Counted from the first letter of the stretch, positions 9,409-19,148 are shown. The stretch: 63,125 nucleotides of DNA from Chthonomonadaceae bacterium (GCA_035650735.1 DASRGZ010000035.1:1-63125), one strand, 5' to 3'. Numbers and translations: made by a program. The notes: a model not told the origin generated them from the letters alone.

Positions 9409-11235
9409 ATGGCGGAAACGGTTGCAGATGCGGAACATAGAGAGCCGACACGCCTTTCGACGGCGATTTTCCAGGGCAAAGCGTGCCTGCTCCAGATCGG
9501 ACGCGGTATTCGGGACATTGCGGAGGGCCTGAAACGCTATCCGCGCGGGGAGATAGCGGCCTATCCTTCCATCCTGGCCGAGTCCTGCACGCCGCTCTGG
9601 GTGGAGGAAAGCCTGGCCGAGCGTGCATTACAGCTGGGCAAAGTCCAGAACCTGCGCTGCGCGCTGCGCCGCCTGCATGGAACGGTACTTCCCGAAGCCG
9701 GGCTGTTTAGCTTTTGGAAACAGATAGGCCGCGCGACCCGACGACGCGGCTATGTCGCCGGAAGGCAGCTGCGGGAAGGCTGCCTGTACCCGGCTATCGG
9801 CGGCGGGCTATGCCAGTTATCCAACGCCCTGTGCGATGTCGCTATGCAAGCCGGGTGCGTCATCGTGGAACGGCACCCGCACTCCCACATTGTCCCCGGT
9901 TCTGCCGCCGCGCGGGGACGCGATGCCGCCATTGCCTGGAACTATATTGACTTCCGCTTCCGCGCTCCCCAGGCGCTCTATATCGAAGCCTGGCTCAGCC
10001 GAGAGGAGCTCGTGGTGCGCCTGCGCAGTGACCGGCCCCAAAACCAGGCCGTCCTGAATGCGGCGCGAAAGCCGATCCCTTTTCTTTCGCTCGATGCCAG
10101 GGATAGCCGGGAGGATCGCCCACTCCTCGATGTGCATGCCCATAGCTGCGCCACCTGCGTTGCCGTGTCGTGCTTCCGCCATCCAACCTCCGTTCCTGAA
10201 ACGGCGGCCCTACAGAGCCGGGAAAGCGTACGTGCCGGGCGCACGGCCTATCTGGTAGATGAGCGCTGCCCGGAATTCGAATCGTACCTGGCCGCAAACC
10301 GGCAACCGGAGGACATCCTCGCCATCCCACTCGATGGCGCGCGCTGGCGGCAGCCCCGCTATGCCTGGGGTACGCGCGGCTACGCGCATATAGGCACGGC
10401 CACCTGGCAGACATTGTGGCGCTCCTGGAAAACACGACGCCTAGGAGCCTATGGCGCGGCGCGGCTCCAGGCGCAGTTGGAGGGCGCGGAAGCGCTGGCA
10501 GGGCGGCTGGCGCGGGAACTGACGATGGAGGTAACGCATGTCTGTGTTGCGCAATCGCTGCTGCCTTTTCTCTGGCGCGATGGCTGGCTCGGTGGGCGCA
10601 CGTTCAGCGTGCTAATGACGCGGCTGCCGCTGCAAACGCTGCATGCGCGCCTGGATGCTGCGTATGCCGCCCATCCCGACCGGCAGACCTTGAAGGAGTT
10701 CCGCGCGCCCGGCTGGCTTGTGGAGGCAGAAGCCGCCGCGCTCGAAGCGGCAGAGAAGATCATTACCCCCCATGCCGAGTTCGCGGCCCTGTTTGGAGAG
10801 CGTGCGCACCGCCTGGAGTGGCACCTTCCTCAGCGCAGGCCTGCTATGCCGGGGCCGATCCTTGTCTTCCCCGGCCCGACGGCGGCACGCAAGGGCGCTT
10901 ACGAGCTGCGCGCCGTCGCGCGCGCGCTCGACCTGGAGATCCTGCGGCTCGGCAGCGACCTGGAAGGGGAAGACTTCTGGCAGGGGATACGCACGCGCCG
11001 TCTTCCCCACCCTACTGCCGGCGACTGGCTGGAGGGCGTTGCTGCCGTAGTGCAGCCGGCTCTCGTAGAAGACAGGCCGCGTCCTCTGCTGACTGCGTTG
11101 GCCGCAGGGATACCGGTAATTGCGACGCCTGCCTGCGGCCTGGGCGAGCGCCCAGGCGTCATCACTGTACCTTACGGAGAGGAAGAGGCGCTGCAAGAGG
11201 CCATTCAGAGCGTCATGAAGGCATCCAGGCAGTAG
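9409..11235 (+). CDS. VanW-family domain fused to a GT-B glycosyltransferase-like domain
   Basis: FSFW, GGGLCQLSNAL, ERHPHS and RDAAIAWNYIDFRF (VanW); C-terminal RKGAYEL...ALAAGIPVIATPACG (GT4-like). Confidence 0.8.
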   Translation: MAETVADAEHREPTRLSTAIFQGKACLLQIGRGIRDIAEGLKRYPRGEIAAYPSILAESCTPLWVEESLAERALQLGKVQNLRCALRRLHGTVLPEAGLFSFWKQIGRATRRRGYVAGRQLREGCLYPAIGGGLCQLSNALCDVAMQAGCVIVERHPHSHIVPGSAAARGRDAAIAWNYIDFRFRAPQALYIEAWLSREELVVRLRSDRPQNQAVLNAARKPIPFLSLDARDSREDRPLLDVHAHSCATCVAVSCFRHPTSVPETAALQSRESVRAGRTAYLVDERCPEFESYLAANRQPEDILAIPLDGARWRQPRYAWGTRGYAHIGTATWQTLWRSWKTRRLGAYGAARLQAQLEGAEALAGRLARELTMEVTHVCVAQSLLPFLWRDGWLGGRTFSVLMTRLPLQTLHARLDAAYAAHPDRQTLKEFRAPGWLVEAEAAALEAAEKIITPHAEFAALFGERAHRLEWHLPQRRPAMPGPILVFPGPTAARKGAYELRAVARALDLEILRLGSDLEGEDFWQGIRTRRLPHPTAGDWLEGVAAVVQPALVEDRPRPLLTALAAGIPVIATPACGLGERPGVITVPYGEEEALQEAIQSVMKASRQ

Positions 11236-11280
11236 CGCTTATCGGAACTCCTTAACCGAAGGCATCCTGTTCATCCGATC

Positions 11281-11375
11281 AGACAGGATTTACAGGATTT
11301 ACAGGATTAGAGCTAGCGGGCTAAGCCAGGCTTATCTGTGTAGTTGAAATCCGGTTCATCCCGTTCATCCTGTCT
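11281..11375. repeat. ACAGGAT(T/G) 9-mer palindromic element
   Basis: agacaggatttacaggatttacaggatt ... aatccggttcatcccgttcatcctgtct. Confidence 0.75.
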
Positions 11376-11383
11376 AAAAATCT

Positions 11384-11515
11384 GGTAGACACCCCCAATC
11401 GTGTGGATACATCTCAAGCGTGCGCTCCATGAGAAGCGTCAACACGGTTGGGAGGGATTACCAAAAATCTTGTCTTTAGCTTTTAATCGGTGTTAATCTG
11501 TGTAATCTGTGGATT
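11384..11515 (-). repeat. right composite inverted repeat
   Basis: ggtagacacccccaa..ttgggagggattacc followed by ttaatcggtgttaatctgtgtaatctgtggatt; mirrors 9205-9320. Confidence 0.8.
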
Positions 11516-11517
11516 CT

Positions 11518-12933
11518 CTAATCTTTGTAGTGGAGGGCGAAGGCGATGCGCTCGGAGAGGGTCGGATGGGTGCCGAACCAGAAGTGGAGCAGCGCGGGCG
11601 GGTTTGGGTCGGAGTAGTCGCGTTCGGCGAAGCCGACAAAGAGGCGGGCCGTCGCGTCGTTGAGGTGGGTCAGGCGCAGACCGAAGGCGTCCGCCCGGTG
11701 CTCCAGGTAGCGCGAGAGGGCCGAGGCGAGCGGGTACTGCACGAGAAGGAACACGGACAGAACAAGGTAGACCAGGGGCAGTGCCACGATGTCTCCAATC
11801 CCAAGCAGCCGCCAGCGTCTCGGCGCGCGCCGCACGGCCCAGGGGATGATGCGCGACGCTAGCCACAGAAAGATGCCTGCGCCCAGGGCGCTCCCAAGAA
11901 AACCCACCCAGATATGTTTCTCGACGTAGTGCCCTAGCTCATGGCCGACCATCGCCAGAATCTGATCTTGCGGCAGGAGCCGGAGAGACGTGTCGTTGAT
12001 GACGATGCGCGCCGTCGGGCCCAGGCCGTAGACGTAGGCGTTGACGTGGTTAGTGCGGCGGCTGGTATCCTCGACCAATACCTGCGCGTGCTCGACTCCC
12101 GCCCGCGCGGCTAAGTTCAGAATCTCTGCCCGCAGCGGTCCCTGCGGAAGCGGGGTATAGCGGTTATAGAGCGGTGCGATGACGACCGGCTGTAGAACAA
12201 AGACAAAGAAGATCAGTGGGATCATAATCGCCCACAGCCACAGCCACCAGCGGCGTGGCGTGCGTGCGTAGAGCCAGTAGCCGCCCCAGATCAGCGGGAT
12301 CAGCAGCAGCTCCAGTCCCCAGGTTTGCGCCCAGTCCGCAAAGTAGCCGCCCAGGCTTTGCCGCCCGAACCCAAAGTGGTGCTCCAGGTAGAACCGCGCC
12401 AGGCCCAGCGGCAAGAACCAGAACTGGGCCAGCAGAGAAAAGGCGACGAAATAGGCTGCGACCAGGCGGAACGGCGGCGGGCCGTTGGGCGGCGGTGGGG
12501 AGAGGCGCAGCCGGCGCAGGAAGACATCCCGCAGGCGGGCTGAGAGCCCGGATTGCAGGATGGCCCACAGGCCCAGCAGGTTCCAGAAAATCGCAAAGAC
12601 GCCGAGCGCGCGCCCCGCGCGCTGATAGGCGATGGCGCGCGGGGGGACGTGGGGCGTATACGGGTCGCGTCGGACGAGCGCGGCGTGTTGACCTAACCCC
12701 CCGTCCCCTCGTGCAGGGTGTAGGGAGTAGGGTGTAGGGTGTAGAGTCGCCCTCATCCCCTGTGGTGTCTGCGCCCGCGCGCCCGACGGCAGCGCAAGGC
12801 AGGTCAGCAAGGCAAGCCCCAGCAGCCAGGCGCCGCGCTTCGCCAGGGTGACAGAGGCACTCTGCGGGCGCGTATATACAGACGTAGCCCTGTTTTTCCA
12901 TGCTAAATGAATGAGGGATGCCGCTCTTCCCAT
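11518..12933 (-). CDS. M48 (Ste24/HtpX-like) membrane zinc metallopeptidase; start uncertain
   Basis: NAYVYGLG, HELGH, EHRADAF and THP motifs; several TM helices; possible ATGs at 12933 and 12756. Confidence 0.85.
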   Translation of the reverse strand: MGRAASLIHLAWKNRATSVYTRPQSASVTLAKRGAWLLGLALLTCLALPSGARAQTPQGMRATLHPTPYSLHPARGDGGLGQHAALVRRDPYTPHVPPRAIAYQRAGRALGVFAIFWNLLGLWAILQSGLSARLRDVFLRRLRLSPPPPNGPPPFRLVAAYFVAFSLLAQFWFLPLGLARFYLEHHFGFGRQSLGGYFADWAQTWGLELLLIPLIWGGYWLYARTPRRWWLWLWAIMIPLIFFVFVLQPVVIAPLYNRYTPLPQGPLRAEILNLAARAGVEHAQVLVEDTSRRTNHVNAYVYGLGPTARIVINDTSLRLLPQDQILAMVGHELGHYVEKHIWVGFLGSALGAGIFLWLASRIIPWAVRRAPRRWRLLGIGDIVALPLVYLVLSVFLLVQYPLASALSRYLEHRADAFGLRLTHLNDATARLFVGFAERDYSDPNPPALLHFWFGTHPTLSERIAFALHYKD

Positions 12934-14692
12934 GCCTATCCGCCGATTACCTGCGCTCGTGCTGTTCGCCTGCCTGCTCGCGGCAGGCTGTCGCTCTAAG
13001 GACGCATTGCCCGCGCAAACCGTTCCCTCTACTCCCCCGGAGCAGGCCCAGGCGGCCAATCGGGAGTTCCTTCGGCAGAAAGAGTTTGATCCCTGGATAC
13101 TGAGCACGAGCGACCTGAACCGTCCGATAGACGCCTACCTCGCCAACGGGCGCGTCGGTTTCCTGATTCGTAAGGATGGCAAAGCTGGCCAGCGCTGTGA
13201 GGCAGGCCGCTATAACCGGAACGCGCTTGTCGTGGAGACCTATCCTCCGGAAGCCGCTCAGCCGGACAAGACCGGCCCCTACCGCCAGACTCTGGACCTG
13301 CGCACTGGCGTTCTTACCACTATGTTCGTCTCCGAGGGTAAGGAGACAACGTGGCAGACGCAGGCGCCGGCGTCCCTGGGAAAGGAGGGCGCTCCGGTTG
13401 TCAAACTCGCTCCTTCCGGCAGCCACGCCGCTCCTATCCTTCCCTTCTGGCGGGGCCGCGATATCGTCATCGAGGGCGACCCGGAGGCGCAGCAGGTGAC
13501 TCATGCCAATCTCTTCTACCTGCTCTCTTCCACCTATCCCGGCAGTGACCACTCGATTCCTCCGATGGGCCTGTCGTCGCGGACCTACAACGGACACATC
13601 TTCTGGGATGCGGATGTCTGGATGCTGCCCGCTCTCCTTGTCCAGTGGCCGGAGTACGCGCGCAGCATCGTAGATTATCGCTTCAAGACGCTGGGGCAGG
13701 CGCAGCGCAACGCCCGGCAGCACGGCTACCAGGGCGCGGAGTTTCCCTGGGAGAGCGCGGCGACGGGCGCGGAGGCGGCCCCGGCGGAGTTCGCGCGGGA
13801 ACGGCACGTCACCGCCGGAGTCGCCTTTGCCGCCTGGCAGTACTATCTCTGGACGGGCGATAGAACGTTTCTGGCGCGGGAGGGCTGGCCGCTTCTACAG
13901 GCGACGGCCCAGTATTGGGTCTCCCGCGTAACGCAAGGCAAGGATGGCAAGTACCATATTCGGGGCGTGCTCTCGCCGGACGAGACGGCGGGCCTGGTAG
14001 ATGACGATGCCTACACCAACGCCGCCGCCCGCTATAATCTGCGTGCTGCCCTGGCCGCCGCGCGCCTCCTGCATCGGCCTGCCGAGCCGCAGTGGACCGC
14101 CGTTGCCGAGAGGCTTTTCCTGCCCTTCGATAAACAACGCGCCATCCCGGCGGCCAGCGCCCTGCCGCTGACCGACCACTATGCGGCCAAGCAGGCGGCG
14201 GCGCTGCTGCTGATCCATCCCCTCGGCGCGGACTACGATGCGGCGACGATGGGCCGGATGCTGGATTTCTACGCGGCCCACACCATCAAGACCGGCCCGG
14301 CCATGACGGCCAGCATCCACGCCATCGTTGCGGCCCGGTTAGGACGCAGCCAGCAGTCCCTCGACTATTTCCGCGAAGCCTACCGGCCCTTTATGCGCGC
14401 TCCCTGGGACGCCTTCTCAGAGAAGCGCACCACGCAGAACGTCTATTTCCTGACCGGCATGGCCGGCTGCGTGCAAAGCGCGCTCTACGGCTTCGCGGGG
14501 CTGCGCGTCTCTATGCCGGGCGAAAAGGTTTCCGGCACCAGGATCGCGGGCGACGCCGAAGCCGTCCTCTACGCCGACCCGCACCTGCCGCCGGGGTGGG
14601 AGAAACTGATCCTGCGAGGAGTTCGTTTTCGCGGCAAGAGCCTGGAGATCGCCATTACCGCGCCCAATCGCGTTACGGTCGCCAGCCGCTAA
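12911..14692 (+). CDS. glycoside hydrolase family 65 lipoprotein
   Basis: YNGHIFWD, GAEFPWES, SPDE (catalytic acid), DDDAYTN, KQA and FLTGMAG motifs; lipobox LAAGC; alternative start 12932. Confidence 0.85.
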   Translation: MRDAALPMPIRRLPALVLFACLLAAGCRSKDALPAQTVPSTPPEQAQAANREFLRQKEFDPWILSTSDLNRPIDAYLANGRVGFLIRKDGKAGQRCEAGRYNRNALVVETYPPEAAQPDKTGPYRQTLDLRTGVLTTMFVSEGKETTWQTQAPASLGKEGAPVVKLAPSGSHAAPILPFWRGRDIVIEGDPEAQQVTHANLFYLLSSTYPGSDHSIPPMGLSSRTYNGHIFWDADVWMLPALLVQWPEYARSIVDYRFKTLGQAQRNARQHGYQGAEFPWESAATGAEAAPAEFARERHVTAGVAFAAWQYYLWTGDRTFLAREGWPLLQATAQYWVSRVTQGKDGKYHIRGVLSPDETAGLVDDDAYTNAAARYNLRAALAAARLLHRPAEPQWTAVAERLFLPFDKQRAIPAASALPLTDHYAAKQAAALLLIHPLGADYDAATMGRMLDFYAAHTIKTGPAMTASIHAIVAARLGRSQQSLDYFREAYRPFMRAPWDAFSEKRTTQNVYFLTGMAGCVQSALYGFAGLRVSMPGEKVSGTRIAGDAEAVLYADPHLPPGWEKLILRGVRFRGKSLEIAITAPNRVTVASR

Positions 14693-14835
14693 ATACGTCC
14701 TCACCGTAACTTCGTAGATTTTCAATCTCGAAGAGCGAGGAAGTTACCCTGCGTGGGTGTTTAGGAAGGAAACGGGGAAATGGAAAAGGCCCTCCTAGTG
14801 CCCAGGAACCATTTCCTCGTTTCTCTATTTGCTTC

Positions 14836-15357
14836 TTATCCGGCGGCGGCAGCCAGCGCGGCATCGTAGTTAGGCTCGTTGGTAAGTTCGGGCACGTATT
14901 CTACGTACTTGAGCCTGCCGTCCGGCCCAATGACGAAGATAGAGCGTGCCAGGATACGCTCTAATGGCCCGCCCGAAATCAGCGCCCCATAGGCTTTCCC
15001 GAAATTGGCGTCGCGATGGGCGGAGGCGACTTGAATCTTGTTGATGCCTTCCGCGCCGCAGAAGCGCGCTTGCGCGAACGGCAGATCCATGCTGGCGGTG
15101 AGAATCGCCACGTTGTCGGGCAACTGGGTGGCCCGCTCGTTGAACTTTTTGGTCTGGAGAGCGCAGACAGACGTATCCAGCGAGGGAACGACGGAGAGTA
15201 TCACAGTCTTGCCTGCGAAATTCGCCAGCGAGACATCTTCAAGCCCGGCATCGCTGCGCACTTGCAGCTTGAAATCGGGAGCCTTGTCGCCGGGTTTGAG
15301 CTCCGACCCTTCGACAGGGAGGGGAGCGCCCTTGAAAGTAACGGTTCGGTCAGCCAT
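14836..15357 (-). CDS. tpx: thiol peroxidase (atypical 2-Cys peroxiredoxin)
   Basis: VPSLDTSVC, SMDLPFAQARFCGAEG and EPNYDAAL motifs; RBS ggagg. Confidence 0.95.
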   Translation of the reverse strand: MADRTVTFKGAPLPVEGSELKPGDKAPDFKLQVRSDAGLEDVSLANFAGKTVILSVVPSLDTSVCALQTKKFNERATQLPDNVAILTASMDLPFAQARFCGAEGINKIQVASAHRDANFGKAYGALISGGPLERILARSIFVIGPDGRLKYVEYVPELTNEPNYDAALAAAAG

Positions 15358-15620
15358 GCGGAAAACCTCCTTCACGGGATGGATAGGATATGGCGAGCTT
15401 ACGCGGCGCGCAGCCTGATCCTGCCGCCAGCATCCAGTTCGCCAGGCGCAGGGGAGAGTCCTGTTCTCACGTCATCAAAGTGTCTATGGTAACCCGGCTG
15501 TGCCTGGCCCTAAAGGGGTGGCTGCCAGCAGGCACTCTATAGATTCGTAGAAAGAAGGTATCCGGCGCACTCTCTTTTTTGCTCCAGGGTGTCTCTTGTT
15601 GGGCAGGAGGAGCCGGGAAC

Positions 15621-16364
15621 ATGGCGATGCAGCAACGCCTTCAATACCTCAGCGACCGGGAGCTTGTCGGGATCGCCCGGCTAGGAAGCCTGGAGGCGTA
15701 TGATGAACTGGTGGGCCGATTTCGGGGCGCGGTCCTCTTCGTGGCTGAGCAGATACTCGGCTCGCGGGAGATGGCCCAGGATGTGGCGCAGGAGGCGTTT
15801 CTGCTGGCATTCCGCTCGCTGCCCCAGTTGCAGGATCCGGCCAAGTTTGCGAGTTGGCTGTACGCGATCACCCGACATCGTGCGCGTCGCGTCGCCACCC
15901 GCGAAGGCCACAATGAGGCTGTGGAAGCATCCAGCCTCGAGCGCCTGATGACCGCACAGGGCGGAGAGCGCGCGGCGAGTCCGCTGGAGGCGGTACTGCG
16001 CTCCGAGTCACAGGCATCCGTCTGCGCGCTGCTCGACGAGTTGGCGCCGGAATTGCAGATCGTGCTGCACCTGTTCTACTACGAGCAGTGGCCTGCCGTG
16101 CGCATCGCCGAGTTCCTATCGCTTCCGTTAACTACCGTCAAGTGGCGGCTGCGCTCCGGGCGCGAGCAACTGCGCCGCCGGCTTGTCGAATCCCTGGAGG
16201 AAAAAACCGATGCCCGAACGCGACCAGAAAAAAGAGATACAACGGATGCGCAGCCTGCTGCAAAAGATGGCGGAGATGGCCGAGCACGTAGAGCAAACCG
16301 GCAGCTTCGAGAGCGGGGTCCGCAACTCCGTAAAACGGTACAATTCGATTGTGGGGTACCTTGA
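15621..16364 (+). CDS. ECF RNA polymerase sigma factor
   Basis: region 2 DVAQEAFL..FASWLYAI; region 4 IAEFLSLPLTTVKWRL; RBS aggagg. Confidence 0.9.
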   Translation: MAMQQRLQYLSDRELVGIARLGSLEAYDELVGRFRGAVLFVAEQILGSREMAQDVAQEAFLLAFRSLPQLQDPAKFASWLYAITRHRARRVATREGHNEAVEASSLERLMTAQGGERAASPLEAVLRSESQASVCALLDELAPELQIVLHLFYYEQWPAVRIAEFLSLPLTTVKWRLRSGREQLRRRLVESLEEKTDARTRPEKRDTTDAQPAAKDGGDGRARRANRQLRERGPQLRKTVQFDCGVP

Positions 16365-17001
16365 GGAGCGCGAGATCATCCCGGAAGAGATGTTCCCCAT
16401 GCTGGAGGAGGATGAGGCCGATTCCGGTCAACTGGGGGCCGAAGCGAGCCTGCTGGCGGATTACCTGGCCGACCTGGCCGAAGAAGAGACGTCCCCTGCC
16501 GGCGCCGGATCCAAGCCGGACATGGGCATGCTGGTGGCGCTGGCTCCCTTCCTGGAGCAGAAGGAGCTTTCCAAGATGATGCGCAAGCATTTTACCGGAC
16601 AGGCATCGGCAGCGGAAGAGGAGGAGGCCGCTCCACAGCAAGGCCCCGACCTCAAGACGATTGCCGGGCTGGCTCCCTTCGTAGACCGCAAGACCCTGGG
16701 GGAGATGGTGCGTGCCTGCCTCTCGCGCCAGAAGATCACCGATCCTAGCGTGCTTGTGGCATTGGCTCCCCACATGGACTCCCAGGAACTCAGCAAGATC
16801 CTGCGGGAACATCTGCCGGAGTGGTTTGGCCAGCAGGCCGCCGCGCGGGAAGAAGAAAGCCCCACCCAGAGAACCGAGACGGCCCGGCAGGAAACGGTGG
16901 TGGATTGGTCGAGACCGATACCCCAGCCGGAGGAGAGACCGGCCTCTGAGCCAACCCCTGAGGGGGAGAATCCTCCGCCGCGCCGGGAGTGGCCAGCGTA
17001 A
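16210..17001 (+). CDS. hypothetical protein with three LAP(F/H) helical repeats, possible sigma partner
   Basis: RBS ggagg at 16196; repeats LVALAPFLE, IAGLAPFVD and LVALAPHMD. Confidence 0.75.
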   Translation: MPERDQKKEIQRMRSLLQKMAEMAEHVEQTGSFESGVRNSVKRYNSIVGYLEEREIIPEEMFPMLEEDEADSGQLGAEASLLADYLADLAEEETSPAGAGSKPDMGMLVALAPFLEQKELSKMMRKHFTGQASAAEEEEAAPQQGPDLKTIAGLAPFVDRKTLGEMVRACLSRQKITDPSVLVALAPHMDSQELSKILREHLPEWFGQQAAAREEESPTQRTETARQETVVDWSRPIPQPEERPASEPTPEGENPPPRREWPA

Positions 17002-17169
17002 GTCAGGGATGTTGACCTAAAACCGCCTATAGCGGCAGACTAAACCCTGCCGCTGTGGAGCCTACGGCTCTCTGCCTGCCTACGCAGGCAGAATACGTTC
17101 TTTCGCAGGCAGAGAGTCTCGCCCACAAGGGTGCCGCCAGGTCTCGCTAGGCGGAGGAGCGAGCGAGCG

Positions 17170-17232
17170 CAGTTGCGACCCTGGCAGTGGCGCGAACCGT
17201 TGCAGCGCCGACCCTGGCAGTCGGCGGGCGCT
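17170..17232. repeat. REP-like repeat (GCCGACCCTGGCAGT family)
   Basis: tandem gaccctggcagt units; also at 46227-46330 and 63030-63118. Confidence 0.7.
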
Positions 17233-17275
17233 TTGCGCCCCACAGCGGCAGGGTTCAGCCTGCCGCTTCAGGCCC

Positions 17276-18898
17276 TTAATGCAGGAAGTGGCGCACGCCG
17301 GTAAAGACCATCGCGATGCCATAGCGGTTGGCGACGTCTATTGTCTCCTGATCTTTAACGGAGCCGCCCGGCTGAATGATGGCGGTGATTCCGGCCTCTG
17401 CTGCCGCCTCCGGGCCGTCCGGGAACGGAAAGAAGGCATCAGAGGCCATGACCGCCCCGCGCGCCGCCTCCCCCGCCTGCTCGACGGCCAGGCGTACGGA
17501 GCGCACCCGGTTCATCTGGCCGGCGCCAACTCCGATCACCTGCCGGTTCCTGGTGAAGACAATCGCGTTGCTCTTGACATGCCGCACCACCCGCCAGGCG
17601 AAGAGCAGCTCCTCAACCTCGGCCTCGGTTGGGGCGCGCTCGGTTACGACCTTTAGATCGGCGGGCGTCACGACGCGGTGATCCGGCGTCTGGACCAGGA
17701 TGCCGCCGACCACACGCTTGAAGTCCGGCCCGGTCGCCCTCGTCTTCTCCCGCCAGCCGCTCAGGTCGCCGACCTCCAGCAGCCGCAGGTTCGCCCCCCA
17801 CTTTTTGCGCTCGGTCAGGATCGGCAGGGCCTCCTGTTCGTAGCCTGGGGCGATGATGGCCTCGAAGAACGTGTTCTTGCCGGTGATCTCCTCGGCAGCC
17901 GCCACATCCACCGGACGAGTCACCGCCAGGATGCCCCCGAACGCCGAAACCGGATCGCCCTCCCTTGCCTTGCGGAACGCCTCCGCCAGCGTCGTCCCGA
18001 GCGCCGCGCCACAGGGGTTCGTGTGCTTGATGATGATGGCGGCGGGCCGCTCCTCCTCGCTGAACTCCTTGGCCGTCTCCAGCGCGGCGTTGAGATCATA
18101 GAGATTATTAAACGACAGCTCCTTACCGTGAATCTGCTTTGCGGTCGCCACGCAGGGCTCGGTCACGCCCGGAGAGATGTAAAACGCGGCGGTCTGGTGC
18201 GGGTTCTCTCCATAGCGGCAATCCTGCGCCTTCTGGAAGCCCAAAGCCAGCTCCTGTGGGTACGCGACAGCCTCCGCGCCTTCCTCGGCGGCAAAGCGCT
18301 CGCGCAGCCAGTTGCTGATATAGGCGTCGTACTGGCCTGTATGCGCAAAGGCTTTGGCAGCCAGGCGGCGGCGGGTGGCCGGCGACACATCGCCGTTATG
18401 GGACTCCATCTCAGCAAGCAGCGCCGGGTAGTCGGCAGGGTGGACGACGACGATCACGCCAGCGTGGTTCTTGGCGGCGGAGCGGATCATGGCCGGCCCG
18501 CCGATGTCAATGTTCTCGATAGCCTCTTCCAGGGTCACGCCGGGCTTGGCGACAGTGGCCGCGAAGGGGTAGAGGTTGACGCAGACGAGATCGATAGGGT
18601 GGATGCCGTGCTCCTGGATGGTGGCCATGTGCTCGGCTTTGGCGCGGTCGGCCAGGATTCCGCCGTGCACCTTCGGGTGCAGCGTCTTGACGCGGCCCTC
18701 CAGCATTTCGGGAAAGCCGGTGACGTCGCTGATGCTGATAACGGACACGCCGGCGTTGGCGAGCGCGGTGGCCGTGCCACCGGTGGAGAGGATCTCGTAG
18801 CCGAGGCGTTGCAGCCCCTGCGCGAACGCGATCAGCCCGGTCTTATCGGAGACGCTCAGGAGCGCGCGGCGGGGCACGGGGGAGACAGCAGCGGACAT
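17276..18898 (-). CDS. purH: bifunctional AICAR transformylase/IMP cyclohydrolase
   Basis: RALLSVSDKTG, GRVKTLHP, IDIGGP, RYGENPHQ, KHTNPCG, SDAFFPF and RHFLH motifs. Confidence 0.98.
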   Translation of the reverse strand: MSAAVSPVPRRALLSVSDKTGLIAFAQGLQRLGYEILSTGGTATALANAGVSVISISDVTGFPEMLEGRVKTLHPKVHGGILADRAKAEHMATIQEHGIHPIDLVCVNLYPFAATVAKPGVTLEEAIENIDIGGPAMIRSAAKNHAGVIVVVHPADYPALLAEMESHNGDVSPATRRRLAAKAFAHTGQYDAYISNWLRERFAAEEGAEAVAYPQELALGFQKAQDCRYGENPHQTAAFYISPGVTEPCVATAKQIHGKELSFNNLYDLNAALETAKEFSEEERPAAIIIKHTNPCGAALGTTLAEAFRKAREGDPVSAFGGILAVTRPVDVAAAEEITGKNTFFEAIIAPGYEQEALPILTERKKWGANLRLLEVGDLSGWREKTRATGPDFKRVVGGILVQTPDHRVVTPADLKVVTERAPTEAEVEELLFAWRVVRHVKSNAIVFTRNRQVIGVGAGQMNRVRSVRLAVEQAGEAARGAVMASDAFFPFPDGPEAAAEAGITAIIQPGGSVKDQETIDVANRYGIAMVFTGVRHFLH

Positions 18899-19006
18899 AG
18901 CGTTTCCAATCCTTTCTGTGAAGACATCGTGGTCGTGCGCCACAAGCGGGCGCGGTTTTGGAAAGGCGGGCGCGTGTTCCGGCGTTGTTGCCGTCAAAGA
19001 GACGGC

Positions 19007-19056
19007 CAAAAACAACAAAGCCCGGACGCCCCGCACACGATGCAGGAGGCCCAGGC
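19007..19056 (-). terminator. riboswitch expression-platform terminator
   Basis: gcctgggc-ctcctgca/tgcggggcgtccgggc stem followed by tttgttgttttt; overlaps the 3' end of the aptamer. Confidence 0.75.
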
Positions 19057-19124
19057 GCGCGACACCCTACCGCGGCCTGCGTTCCCTCAGGGTCGTTTCC
19101 CTGTGAGCGCCAGTCACGCAGGCC
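19049..19124 (-). ncRNA. ZMP/ZTP riboswitch (pfl motif)
   Basis: ggcctgCGTGACTGGCG...GGGAACgcaggcc...CGCCTGGGC, located directly upstream of purH. Confidence 0.93.
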
Positions 19125-19148
19125 GTTTCAATTCCTTCATTAGCCCCG

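Noticed and set aside
9409..11235. vancomycin resistance locus
   Set aside because: VanW domains are widespread; no vanH/A/B/X/R/S genes are present
14700..14830. ncRNA between the GH65 gene and tpx
   Set aside because: two imperfect hairpins between convergent genes are adequately explained as terminators; no promoter seen
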